NCBI RefSeq assembly: GCF_006345805.1
Contig: NC_042999.1
Location: 121,706,001-121,770,000 of the forward strand
DNA length: 64,000 bases
Origin: Octopus sinensis
Lineage: Eukaryota
Direction of reading: 5' to 3'
In this document: positions 39,589 to 52,165 of the stretch, piece after piece
Layout of the letters: every line of letters begins with the position of its first letter
Numbering within the stretch: the stretch's first letter is position 1
The notes under the pieces: model-generated
The model's input: the letters and a program-made list of their open reading frames with translations, nothing else
The model's database searches: none
Told to the model about the DNA's origin: nothing
Position numbers and translations under genes: made by a program

Positions 39589-39625
<37 letters not shown>

Positions 39626-39703
39626 GTATACATATATATATGTATACATATGTTTACATATATATATATATATGTATATATATTATATATATATATATAT
39701 ATA
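39340..39703. repeat. Long interrupted (TA)n array
   Basis: Direct observation; source of the YI-repeat ORFs. Confidence 0.95.
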
Positions 39704-39792
39704 TGATTGATTGATTGATTGATTCTAGTTTCAGCTCACGAGCTGTGGCCATGCTGGGGCACCGCCATTTGGTGTTGCTACATGGTTTTACT

Positions 39793-42742
39793 TCACGAAT
39801 GCTTTTTAGCAACTGCCATTTGGTGCATGAGAGAGTTCGATGCAGCTGCCCTTATCTGCACCTCCTGCCGTGAAGCTGGTTCATCTGGGATACCTGACAA
39901 GAAGAGATCCAGTTTCATTTTAAAGACATCTGCATCCACCCCATGCAGGTCTCTTAGGTTCTTCGGGAGGATATTGAAGAGCTGTGGGCCTCAGAAGCTC
40001 AGGCTATCACAGTATCTTGTCCTACATCTTGATGGCAAATTTGGAGTCCTTGGCACCACGCAGTGGCGCCCAGTTCTGGCATTTGTGTAACTCTCGATGC
40101 CAAAGTTTGGGACAAGTCCTACCAGGATCTTCCAGATGTATATTATGGCATATCTTTCTCGCCTACGCTCCAAGGAATAGAGTTTTAATCTCTTGAGTCT
40201 TTCCCAGTAGCTTATATTCTGCACAGAGGCTATCTTCTTCGTGTAGCTACGTTGGATCGCCTCAAGTTCTGTGATCAACTTGACACTGGATGGTGACCAT
40301 AGCTGAGAGCAATAGTCAAAGTGGCTTAGGACAAGTGTCCTCCAGAGGACCATCATGGTTTCTTGTTCTCTTGTTCTAAAGGTTCTAAGAATCCATCCGG
40401 CCAGTCGTCTACATTTCATTGCCAATTTAGCAACATGTACACGAAAGGTTGCGTCATCGCTCATGTAAATACCCAGGTCACGCACTGATTGTGCCTCTGG
40501 GATTGCAATTCCTCCGGGTCCAGTGTATTCATTGGGTATTGCATTTAGTTTTGCATGCTGATAGCATAAAGCTTGAAACTTTTCAGCATTGAACTGCATG
40601 CTATTCTTTTCAGCCCACTTGTATATTTTGTCCAGCTCACATTGCAGGCGTTTAGTGTCCTCAGGGTTCTGTATTGCCTGTGAAACTTTTGTATCATCTG
40701 CATAACTTGTGATCGTGGCTTTCTACGTGGCTGAGGGCATGTCTGAGAGGGCCATTATGAACAGTAGTGGTCCCAAAACAGTGCCCTGCGGAACACCGCT
40801 CACTATTTGCGTGTTAATGGAAGTGGCCCCATTGGCTACTACCACCTGACTTCTATCTTTCGGAAAGTCATGAAGCCATTCTCCCAGTTTTCCAACTATG
40901 CTAAGATCACGCAGTTTGTGACATATCATTCCATAATCGACTTTATCAAAGGCCTTTGCAAAGTCGAGATATATCACTTCCAAATTTGAGTGGTTGAGCA
41001 GTCGTTTCAGCACCCAGTCATAGTGTTGTAGGAGCTGAGTTAAGCAGCTTCTTCCTGGTCGGAAACCATGTTGGGTGTCAGGCAGCAAGTCATTTTCTTC
41101 AAGGAAGGTGATCAGTTTCCTTCTGACTATTCGTTCCATGACCTTGCTGATGTGTGAGGTCAGAGAGATAGGTCTGTAGTTCTTGGCCTCCACTCTGCTA
41201 CCTCCTTTATGAATAGGGCATATTTTACCTTCCTTCAGTTTTCTTGGAAGTTTGCCAGTTGCAAGGAAGCTCTGAAAGAGGGACTGCAGTGGTCTTGCTA
41301 GGACTCTCTTGCATACTTTTAGGAGGATTGCCGGGAATCCATCGGGTCCAGTAGCTGTGTCTGTTTTCATTTCGTCTATAGCCTTTATTACATCGTCTTC
41401 CTTTATATCGATGTAATCTATCGTCGCTGCCTCTGATTTTATATCTGCAGTGGTAAAGAAGTCAGTTGGATTGGTGATTTGGAAATGCCCAAGGGGTGGA
41501 GTGAAAACACTCTTGAATTGCTCATTCAGTATTTCACTTACCCTCATTGGTTTTCCTGTGAGTGTGCCATCCTTTTCAAGGAGTGGCCCTATCCTACAGT
41601 GCACCATAGCTGTTTCTTTGGCATACCTGTAGAAAGCTCTGGGGTTAGATTTTATGTTGTCTATAGCCCAGGCTTCTTTGTCTGCTCTTTCCTTTTCATG
41701 GGAGAGTTGCAGACATTTTTCAATTTCCAACAGTTTTATTTTCAGGCGGGACTTTTCACTGCTTTCAATTTGTTTGTTTAGGCGATTTGAAATTTTTGTA
41801 TGCCGTCTCATTAAAATTTTCCTCTCTCTGGAGATTTTGTTCTTGTGTACAGTGGCCTTTCTCTCTGGGACACATTTGTAGCATATGGCTTGCATTACAG
41901 ACATGAATTGTTGAAGTTTCACGTTGATGTCTGGTGAGGAGAGACATTCAGGCCAGTTTTGTTTGAGGATCTCTTTCTCAATTTGTTTTCAGTTTGCCTT
42001 ATGGAAGTTCAAGCTGGAAAGATTCTGAGGGTTTCTTGTAGGCTGCATGTCCATGCTTTCCTTTGGCCCGTACATGGTCAGCTCTACCATGTTGTGATGC
42101 GAGAGTAGTGTCGGTGTCACTTTCACATTCCATATTATTTGTGAAGCAGAGATCCAGTGTGTTACCTGCCCTGGTTGGTTGGAGTATTACTTGCTCCATG
42201 TACAGGGTGTTGATGAGGTTCAGGAGGGACCTCGCCTGTCCGAGTTCACATCTTGTCATTCCTGGGAGAGAAAAGCCCTCGGGCCATCTGACATTGGGTA
42301 GATTGAAGTCTCCCATAAGAAGTACACTTATGTGTTGTTCTAATGTGATTAGAACTTCTTCTATTTTTATAAGGCAGTCTTCAAACTTGCCTACATGGCT
42401 TGGGGGATCTGGAGGGCGATATGTAGCACACACAACTACATCAAGTTGCCTTATATGTACAATTAGTGTGTCACACACCGAGTTTGAGTATGACAAAAGG
42501 AACTGGGGTGTGAGGTCCTCACGGATGTACATGGCAACTCCTCCATGACTCCTTTCTTTTCTGTCGGTCCGTAGTACAACATACTGTGGTATGTGTAATT
42601 CCGCATCTGCTATGTCCGGTTTCAGGTGCGTTTCCGTAAGTGCTATGCATAAGGCTTGATTGTATGCAACAAAGTCTCTCAAGAACGAGATTTTTGTCCT
42701 GTTACTGAGTGTTTGCAGTCCTCTGATGTTCAGTAGGAGCAT
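39793..42742 (-). pseudogene. LINE ORF2 (APE endonuclease + reverse transcriptase), ~980 codons, disrupted
   Basis: MLLLNIRGL, IALTETHL, YRPP, MGDFNLP, TLDLCF, NYRPISLTS, QHGFR.GRSC, YLDFAKAFDKV, GVPQGTVLGP, YADDTK, VRDLG. One frameshift near 42100 and in-frame stops at 41989-91, 40723-25 and 39991-93. Confidence 0.95.
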
Positions 42743-43500
42743 CGAGATGAGGTGTATGCTGTTGCCGGCGGTGTCCACCTTGGGTCTATTTGCTGTGGTG
42801 GTCTTGTATATTGTGGATAGTCCCATCTGCGAGCTTGGGTTTGATGAAGCCAGGTTAGCTGCTGTACAATCTTTTGTGACATGCACAAAAAAGATTCTTG
42901 TTCAGCAGCTGCCCTTTCAACAACATCGTGTTGGCGGTTTGTGGCACACACCACATCTGCGTACCTCCGTTTTGGGGCAGGTGGTGCGTGGTCCATCCCT
43001 TTTCCTTTTGTTAGTTGGTTTCTGATCTGGTTTGTGTCTCTGCGGCAGGGTCCTCGATGTGCAAAACGGCAGTCTGCACCTTCCTCTTCATGCCAGCAGG
43101 TACCTCTCAGGTAGAACCTACACACCCATGTGCACTGTTTGTTTCCATCCTTTTTGGTATATGGATAGTCAGTTTTACTTCTATTCTTGGCTGTTTCGCT
43201 TTTTGGTTTTGTTTGAGTTTTTCTTTTAGTTTTTCCTCCTTTTATTTCTTTTTTGGGTTTTTCATCTCCATGGCTTTTGGTGCTGGTAGGAGCACTTGCA
43301 CTTGGGTTTACTTCCCGGGCAGGTTTCTCACTTGAACCTTCTTCCCGGGTGTCTACTAGGTGGAGGTGACTTCTTTCATCAGCACCCGTGTCTCCATCCT
43401 TGCCATCTTTACTTTGTTCGTTGTCAAAGATGGCATCAAGCGTGCCAATGTGAGATCTTATAAGTGCATAGGAGCATATAAACTCCTGCTTCTTCTGCTC
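42730..43500 (-). pseudogene. LINE ORF1 C-terminal part (open for ~255 codons) with a CCCH-type finger
   Basis: Open frame [11 protein letters not shown]... with a Lys-rich stretch and CRFYLRGTCWHEEEGADCRFAH; TGA at 42730-32 overlaps the ORF2 ATG (42740-42) by 13 nt; no start codon because of the truncation. Confidence 0.8.
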
Positions 43501-43506
43501 TATCTG

Positions 43507-43956
<450 letters not shown>

Positions 43957-44410
43957 ACGGGAAGCTTTATGAAAATAAACAAAAGACGAAGGCAGGTGGA
44001 AACAAACGAACAATTGTATTAGTATGGCGCTCAGGAAATATAAATAAAACAAGTCTTTAACGTTTCGAGCCTACGCTCTTCAACAGAAAGATACACAGAG
44101 AGAGAAAAACACAGAAAGAAGGAGAGAAAAAAAATGCATGCAGTAGCTAACGAATCAACATGGCGATCTGATTTCGGCCAGAGGTCAAGATCAAACATGA
44201 GACGCGAGAGCGAAATAAGGGGAGATAATAGGGTTGATAAAAGGGTTGAGGACCAGCTAAAAGTGCGTGGGAGGGGTCTGGATGTGTGTATGTATAGGGT
44301 TGGTGTATGTATTAGTATGTATAAGGGTGTGTGTGTGTGTGTGTGTATGAGAGAGTATTAGTGCGTAAGATTGGTCTGGACGTGTGTATGTATGGGGTTG
44401 GTGTATGTAT
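43957..44410 (-). mobile_element. Penelope pseudo-LTR-like repeat fragment
   Basis: Carries a minimal hammerhead-like motif (44054-44091, minus); bounded by (TA)n; no ORF. Confidence 0.55.
44054..44091 (-). ncRNA. Hammerhead-like motif, variant core
   Basis: TCTTT-CTGTTGA-A-GAGC(GTAG)GCTC-GAAA-CG-TT-AAAGA: 5-bp stem I, 4-bp stem II, palindromic ACGT stem III; A6>U and GUU triplet are non-canonical. Confidence 0.45.
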
Positions 44411-44425
44411 TAGTATATATATATG

Positions 44426-44485
<60 letters not shown>

Positions 44486-44538
44486 TGTATGTATAAATAT
44501 ATGTATGTATATATATATTGTATGTATATATATATATG

Positions 44539-44578
<40 letters not shown>

Positions 44579-44704
44579 TATGTATATATATATATGTATG
44601 TATATATATATATATGTATGTATATATATATATATGTATGTATATATATATATGTATATATGTATATATATATATGTATGTATATATATATATGTATATA
44701 TATG

Positions 44705-44765
<61 letters not shown>

Positions 44766-44785
44766 ATATACATATATACATATGA
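44410..44785. repeat. (TA)n/(TATG)n array
   Basis: Direct observation. Confidence 0.95.
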
Positions 44786-45036
44786 ATTAGAAGAAAGTAA
44801 TATTATTAAGGACATTATTATACACAAAAATGATAAGCATTTGTTTACTAGTAGGCTGTGAACTGATGTGATGGAGATGACTCTTTCAAATGCTTGATGT
44901 TGAAACACCTGAAAGTTATATGCAGGTGAGACCTGAGATGTTTTAACACCTGGCATTTTGAGAGAGTCATCTCCATGCCTCGGTTGCAGTCTACCAGTAA
45001 ACAAGTGTATGTGTATTTTAATAATGTGTGTGTGTG

Positions 45037-45600
45037 TGTCTTCGGAACCTCCTTCACATCCGCTGGCAGGACAAAGTCCCAGACACGGAAGTTCTGAAGC
45101 AGGCAGATCTCCCTGGCACCATCACGATCATGCACAAGGCCCAGCTGAGATGGGCAGGCCACGTCTCCCGCATGTCCGACACTCGCATCCCAAAACAGCT
45201 CTTCTAGGGTGAGCTCAGCCGGGGCAAACACAAAGTCGGAGGGCAGAAGAAGCACTTCAGGGACAGTCTCAAAGTCTCTGTCAAAGACTTCTCCATCGGC
45301 ACAGAGACTTGGGAGACACTTGCTGCCGACCGCTCATCCTAGCACAGCGCAATCACCACAGGAGCAAAGACAGCCGAGGAGAGACGGATTCAGTCAGCAG
45401 AACAGAAGCGCCAGATGCGAAAAGCCAGAGCCACCTGCACCAATACACAGCCCCTACCCACTTCTGCCCCACCTGTGGGAGGGGCTTTCTTGCCCAGATT
45501 GGCCTCACCAGCCACCTCCGGTCTCATAGCAGCAATTCCACCAAATGATGTCAATGGTCATCTTCGAACCCGAAGGACGAACATTATTATTATTATTATT
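45037..45600 (+). mobile_element. RTE-BovB-type LINE 3' end with C-terminal C2H2 finger, (ATT)n tail
   Basis: [77 protein letters not shown]; two premature TAG. Confidence 0.9.
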
Positions 45601-45708
45601 ATGTATATATATATGTATATATATATATTATATATGTATATACATATATATATATATTATATACAAATATATATATATGTATATACATATATATATATAT
45701 ATATACAA

Positions 45709-45739
<31 letters not shown>

Positions 45740-46199
45740 TATATATATACATGTATATATATATATATTATATATATTATATATATACATATGTATTATA
45801 TATATTATATATATACATATATATATATATTATATATATATATACATATATATATCATATATATATATATATATTTTATTATTATATATATATATATATA
45901 TTATATATATATATATATTTATTATATATATTTATATATATATATATATATTTATTATATATATTTATATATATTTATTATATATATTTATATATATGTA
46001 TATATATTTATTATATATATTATATATATATATATACATATTTATTATATCATATATATATATATATATATATATTTATCATATATATATATATGTATAT
46101 GTATATATATAATATATATAATATATATATATATATTATACATATATATATATAATATATATATATATATATTATATATATATATATTATATATATACA
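45600..46199. repeat. Long interrupted (TA)n array
   Basis: Direct observation. Confidence 0.95.
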
Positions 46200-46532
46200 T
46201 TTTCGATTCCCAGACCGGGTGTTATGAGTGTTTATTGAGCGAAAACACCTAAAGCTCCACGAGTCTCCGGCAGGGGATGGTGGTGATCCCTGCTGTACTC
46301 TTTCACCACAACTTTCTCTCACTCTTACTTCCTGTTTCTGTTGTACCTGTATTTCAAAGGGCCGGCCTTGTCACTCTCTGTGTCACGCTGAATATCCCCG
46401 AGAACTACGTTAAGGGTACACGTGTCTGTGGAGTGCTCAGCCACTTACATGTTAATTTCGCGAGCAGGCTGTTCCGTTGATTCGGATCAACTGGAACCCT
46501 CGTCGTCGTAACCGACGGAGTGCTTCCATCAT
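46200..46532 (+). mobile_element. Young SINE, third family, 5'-truncated in the tRNA head, (CATC)n tail
   Basis: ttcgattccc B-box remnant, CpG-rich body, tail gacggagtgcttccatcatccatcc; a decayed minus-strand relative lies at ~28880-28970. Confidence 0.7.
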
Positions 46533-47262
46533 CCATCCATCATACATATATATATTATATATATACATATATATATTATATATATACATATATATATTAT
46601 ATTATATTATATTATATATATATACATGTATGTATGTATGTATATATGTATATATACACACACACTATATTCGTGAACTTCCACTACACATCTTTTGATG
46701 GTGCTATCTAGATAGCAATAATTATATATATCCTGTTACAAATGTGATGTTATTGAACAGGTTCTTTATAAGTAGTCAATATATAGCAAGTCAACAAGTC
46801 AAATATACCATCAACAAATGCTGCACTCACAATTTCATTTTGGAATGGAATTTTTATTGTGAGAAAAGAAAAAATTAATATAACCTTTAGAACCTACCAA
46901 ATCTATGCATTGCTATTTAAGTCTGTGTTATCAAGATGTTTCCAGTGAGCAGTCCTTGCATCGGAAAATCTTTTATTCTTAGCACTAATCAGTCTTTACC
47001 AGAAATTTACTTATTCCTGAATAGAATACTATCTTATGAATTTACTTAGGGTAAAATGGCAAGATCAGATGTTTGGCTTTTCCAATCAATTAACTATAGT
47101 ATGTGTCATTTTTTTTTTATCTGTATGGAAACAACACATAGATAAACGATGAAGTTAGCAGCCCAGAAAAATAATATTCTTACAAAAATCTATTTGTCTG
47201 AAGCTTTACTTAGTTCAGATTCCAGATGCTGTTTTCATTTTGAAATTATTAAAAGAAAAAAC

Positions 47263-47652
47263 GCAGGAGTGGCCGTGTGGTAAGTAGCTTGCTAACCAAT
47301 CACATAGTTCCGGGTTCAGTCCCACTGCGTGGCATCTTGGGCAAGTGTCTTCTAGTATGACCCCGGGCCTACCAATGCCTTGTGAGTGGATTTGGTAGAC
47401 GGAAACTAAAAGAAGCTTGTCGTATATATGTATATATATATATGTGTGTGTCTGTGTTTGTCCCCCTAGCATTGCTTGACAACCAATGCTGGTGTGTTTA
47501 CGTCCCCGTCACTTAGCGGTTCGGCAAAAGAGACCGATAGAATAAGTACTGGGCTTACAAAGAATAAGTCCTGGGGTCGATTTGCTCGACTAAAGGCGGT
47601 GCTCCAGCATGGCCACAGTCAAATGACTGAAACAAGTAAAAAAGTAAAAAGT
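47263..47652 (+). mobile_element. Young full-length tRNA-derived SINE
   Basis: tggccgtgtgg A box, gggttcagtccc B box, intact CpGs, tail aaggcggtgctccagcatggccacagtcaaatgactgaaacaagtaaa. Confidence 0.92.
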
Positions 47653-47826
47653 GTAAAGAGTTCTCTGTATATAATAATAAAAACTTTTTCATGCTTGTAT
47701 TGATATAGCAAATCTTACATTTTACTTCGACTGTAATTCAGTCATGTGCCAGTAAATTTTTTTATTTTACAAGAAACAAATATTTCATTTACTAATTTGA
47801 AATGTCATTGTACTATGTAATCTAAA

Positions 47827-48826
47827 ATCATCATCATCATCATCATTTAGCGTCCGCTTTCCATGCTAGCATGGGTTGGACGGGTCAACTGGGGTCTGTG
47901 AAGCTGGAAGGCTTCGTCAGGCCTAGTCAGATCTGGCAGTGTTTCTACGGCTGGATGCCCTTCCTAACGCCAACCACTCCACGAGTGTAGTGGGTGTTTT
48001 TTACGTGCCACCTGCACAGGTGCCAGACAGAGCTGGCCAACGGCCACAAACGGATGGTGCTTTTACGTGTCACCGGCACGGGGCCAGGCGATGCTGGCAA
48101 TGGACACGAACGGATGGTGCTTTTACGTGTCACTGACACAGTTGCCAGACAGAGCTGGCACACGGCCACGAACGGACGGTGCTTTTACGTGTCACCGACA
48201 CGGGGGCCAGCCGAGCCTGGCAATGGACACGAACGGATGGTGCTTTTACGTGTCACTGACACAGTTGCCAGACAGAGCTGGCAAACGGCCACGAACGGAC
48301 GGTGCTTTTACGTGTCACCGGCACGGGGCCAGGCGAGGCTGGCAACAAACACGAACGGATGGTGCTTTTACGTGCCACCGACACGGGGGCCAGACAGAGC
48401 TGGCAAACGGCCATGAGCGAATGGTGCTTTTACGTATCACCGACACGGGTGCCAGACGAGACTGACAGCGGACACGAACGGATGGGTCACTAACCCCTGC
48501 TTTCTGATATATGATTTGATTTTGATTGTTCTCACTGGTCTTGCCGGATCTTCTGACGCACAGCATACTTCCATAGGTCTCGGTCTCTGGTCATTTCCTT
48601 GGTGAGACCTAGTGTTCGAAGGTCGTGCTTCACGACCTCGACCCAGGTTTTCCTGGGTCTACCTCTTCCACAGGTCCCCTCAACTGCCAGGGTGTGGCAC
48701 TTTTTCACACACCTATCTTCATCCATTCTCGCCACATGACCATACCAGCGCAATCGTCTCTCTTGCACACAATATCTGATGCCTCTTAGGTCCAACTTTT
48801 CTCTCAAGGTACTTACACTCTGTCGA
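47827..48826 (-). mobile_element. Young 5'-truncated RTE LINE with an 8-unit tandem array in the 3' UTR
   Basis: ORF 48532-48807 VQERRLRWYGHVARM...GRGRPRKTW; eight ~61-bp units at 47995-48490; (GAT)n tail. Confidence 0.92.
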
Positions 48827-49099
48827 CTATGTATATTAAATTATGTATATTAAATGTATATTAAATTATGAAAATCTAATATAAGCATTGAATTTTTAAG
48901 GTTTTTCAGAAACACTGATAAATACTTTCAAAGTAATAGCAGTTTAATTGTTTTCTGCCCCAGTAACTTATGGATCAAGGGTATAATTCACAAATTACCA
49001 TGGTTATTTTCATTCACTGTTAATAACTTTAACCACACACACACACACACACACACTTTATCTCCCTCTCTCACACACACAATGACTCACACTCATATC

Positions 49100-49755
49100 T
49101 TATATCTTTTACTTGTTTCAATCACTGAACTGCAGCTATAGCTATGCTGGAATACAAGCTTGAAGGGCTCAGTTGAACAAATCAACCCCAGTATATAGAT
49201 TCTTAAAACATCTGGTATTTATACTCTTTGTCACCTTTGGTGAACTACTAGGCTACGGGGATGTAAACAAACCAACACTGATTGTTAAGCCATGGTGGCA
49301 GACAAAGATAAAGACACACACACACAATTATATACATATATATAATTCTTTCTGTTGTGTCTGGGGAGAGTCATTTTCTTTTTGTGCCTTATAAGAGAGT
49401 CAAGACTGTTGAAAAGGTTGCAAGACGCAACAAAAAATTTTAGGAAACTAAAAATAACAAATAAGCAGAAATTTTTACCGTGAGAGTGTTACATTATAAG
49501 GCACAAAAAGAATATGACTCTCCCCAGACACAACAGAATATGCTTCAACACACGAACTCATATAAAGAATCTTGCAAACCAAATCCAAAAACGAAATATA
49601 ATTCTTTCAGTTTCCATCTACTAAGTCCACTCACATGGCTTTGGTCAACCTGAGCCATATTAAAAGAAATTTGAACATGGTGCCACACCGTAGGACTGAA
49701 CCTAAACCATGTAGTTGGGAAGCAAACTTCTTACCACATAGGTATTCCTGCACCT
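49100..49755 (-). mobile_element. Old tRNA-SINE split by a MITE
   Basis: Tail part 49100-49330 and head part 49605-49755 are reverse complements of the main family. Confidence 0.75.
49350..49538. mobile_element. 189-bp MITE with ~45-bp TIRs
   Basis: ttctgttgtgtctggggagagtcat...gtgccttataa mirrored with about one substitution and one indel. Confidence 0.85.
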
Positions 49756-52014
49756 GTATATGATATGATTCATCTAAACTAAAATACAATTATGTATGAA
49801 TTGAAGCAGATCAATTGTAAATGCTTTCAAAATAAATTCACATTATCATATATATATTTTTTTAAATAAGTAGAAATATGAAATTAATGTTTAGAAAATC
49901 CAGTGAATTCAATGTGTTAAATTCTACACAATTCACATTTTGTTACACATGACAAATAGGTTTTTGACAAGCTTATTGTTGTTTACAGTTGTGTAGCAGA
50001 AGATTGCAGCAGCATTTAATGTTTAATCAATTGATACTTGATTAATAAATCATGAACAGATAAAGTCTGAGCCAAGGGATGCAATTTATTTTACTGTTTA
50101 TGATTGGTGTATTTCTTTTAATTAGATTATATGAGTTTAGGATTTTGTACTTTCATATCAAGAGGGCTTTGAATGTCTTATTGAAAGTTTGGATTAAAGC
50201 AAAAAATAACTTAAATTAAGCTCTGAATACCAGACTTTGAAGTTAAACTTAACTTTGCACACATTCAATAGATACAAAAATACAGCTTTAGGAGATATTC
50301 AGTTGTGCCCATCTTAGTGTTACTTTTGATGTGTTCAATATATATTTATATTAATTGAAATTTTATCTTGCTGATTTGAATAAAATGACATTAGTAACGG
50401 ATTGTAGATGACTGATTATATTTCTTCTGTAATCAAAATGAATACTGCACCTAGGGATAAAATACTTTTTACACATTTATTTAAAATTATATCATTTACA
50501 TTCTGACAGTTTGCAACATGAAACAAAACTTGATAAATTGCTGTATGAGTACACATAATAATTTGCAAATTAGAACATATTAATCTGAATATGGGAAAAA
50601 TGAAAACTGAATATTTTAAATCATAACACTAGCCTTTAGTTTTCTTAGACAAAAGAAAAATTATAACAATATCTTTGTACATTATTTTTAATGTTCATCT
50701 CCCACAAAGTTGGAAGTAATGTTCCTTCAAACAAATAAAAGGAAAAAAATCTAATACAAAAGATAACGTGCAACAGGGAAGAACTTTTCCTCTCGTGTAT
50801 TCAGAAAATTTGCCATTGCTGATGTGTAGGTGTTTCATTTTTCAAATGCTGCCTAGCAAACAATGAAACTAACACATAATAAAATTTTCTTCAAATGTAC
50901 TCGCAAGCAATTTTGCTTATGTGCACTCATTTTAATTTGATCAGTAGAATATATCAATGTAAGAATCCAATTATAACTTGTATTTGAGATTGTAATGTTG
51001 TACTTATGAGATAGAAAAGAAAGAAATTAAGGAGAAACAGAGAAAGAAAGAGAGAGAGGGTGAACTTACACAAGTAAGTGAATAAAAGATTAGTTGAAAA
51101 AAATTCCCACTTGTTAAGAGTTAAATTGACAATGATTAAGGGAATAAGATGGATTCTCTCCATCCATCAGCAATAGTTTTTAAGATTCTAATGTGCAACC
51201 AAATATCAGAAGTTCATATACTTGTATGGCATGTTGATTTTAAAATTACGCTGAAAAGAATTTATCTAAATTTTAAATGAGAAAGTAGGAAACATGGTGA
51301 ACCCTCCAAAAACTGTACCCTCTTAAACCAGAGAGATAAACTAAATGAAATCTGAGTTAAAAGAATACCTGTCAGATCTGACTTTAACATCCCTTTTGAG
51401 CCTTAGTTTTGTAAGGCATATATTCTTGTTGTGCTAAGTGAGTACTGCATAATCATCAACAATGGTAAATGCATCATAGATATAAAGATCAATCATAGGA
51501 TACAATGCAAAACCAATTTTTTTTTTGTCTTTGTTAATATTATGGCTGTTGTTATGAGATTGCTGTGTATTTCACATGTTACTATAAGTGAGAAAATGGC
51601 TAAAATAAGAATGGCAAGCAACATTTTGCCAATATGCAAGCTATATATTATACATTTTTACACCCCTTTCTAAGAGATAAATAATCACCTCTTCTTCTAC
51701 TTGCTATATTTGCATCTACCTCCACCACATAAAATTGATTTATCATCAATCACAAATATATGAAATTTACAATTTACAATTTTATATATTTAAAATTTAC
51801 ATTTGGTAACATTAAATAATTTTGCAAATTAATTATGTATATTATATATAGTTATATGATGTTTATAGAATTTTCTCTCATTTTGAATTTATAATTCATT
51901 TTTGCTCTACTGAGTATATACATTTCCAACATACTTATATATAATATTAATCCACATCCTTGGCTAAGTAAAATCAAGCCAAGTAAAATAACAGTTGTGA
52001 CAGATATTGGTGTC

Positions 52015-52165
52015 TGCAAATGGCACTCGTGCCAGTGGCACATAAAAGCGCCTTTTACACTCTCGAAGTGGTTGGCATTAGGAAGGACATCCAGTCACAA
52101 AAATCATGCCAAATCAGATTGGAGTCTGGTACAGCCATCCAGTTTGCCAGCCCTGGTCAAAACGT
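52015..52165 (+). mobile_element. RTE-type 3' UTR fragment
   Basis: gtggcacataaaagc...ggttggcattaggaaggacatccag. Confidence 0.75.

Larger units (their letters stand above)
39704..43506 (-). mobile_element. CR1/L2-group non-LTR retrotransposon, 5'-truncated within ORF1, (AATC)n tail
   Basis: ORF1 remnant, ORF2 with APE endonuclease and RT, short 3' UTR, (GATT)n on + strand at 39704-39724; both ends in (TA)n. Confidence 0.95.

Noticed and set aside
39719-43335. + strand ORFs overlapping the LINE, and the minus ORFs 13974-14345 and 14471-14842
   Set aside because: Antisense shadows of the retrotransposon ORFs.
47939-48493. Regularly spaced palindromic repeats resembling a CRISPR array (also 57400-57720)
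   Set aside because: Eukaryotic context, the inter-repeat segments are themselves homologous rather than unique spacers, there are no cas genes, and the array lies in an RTE 3' UTR.
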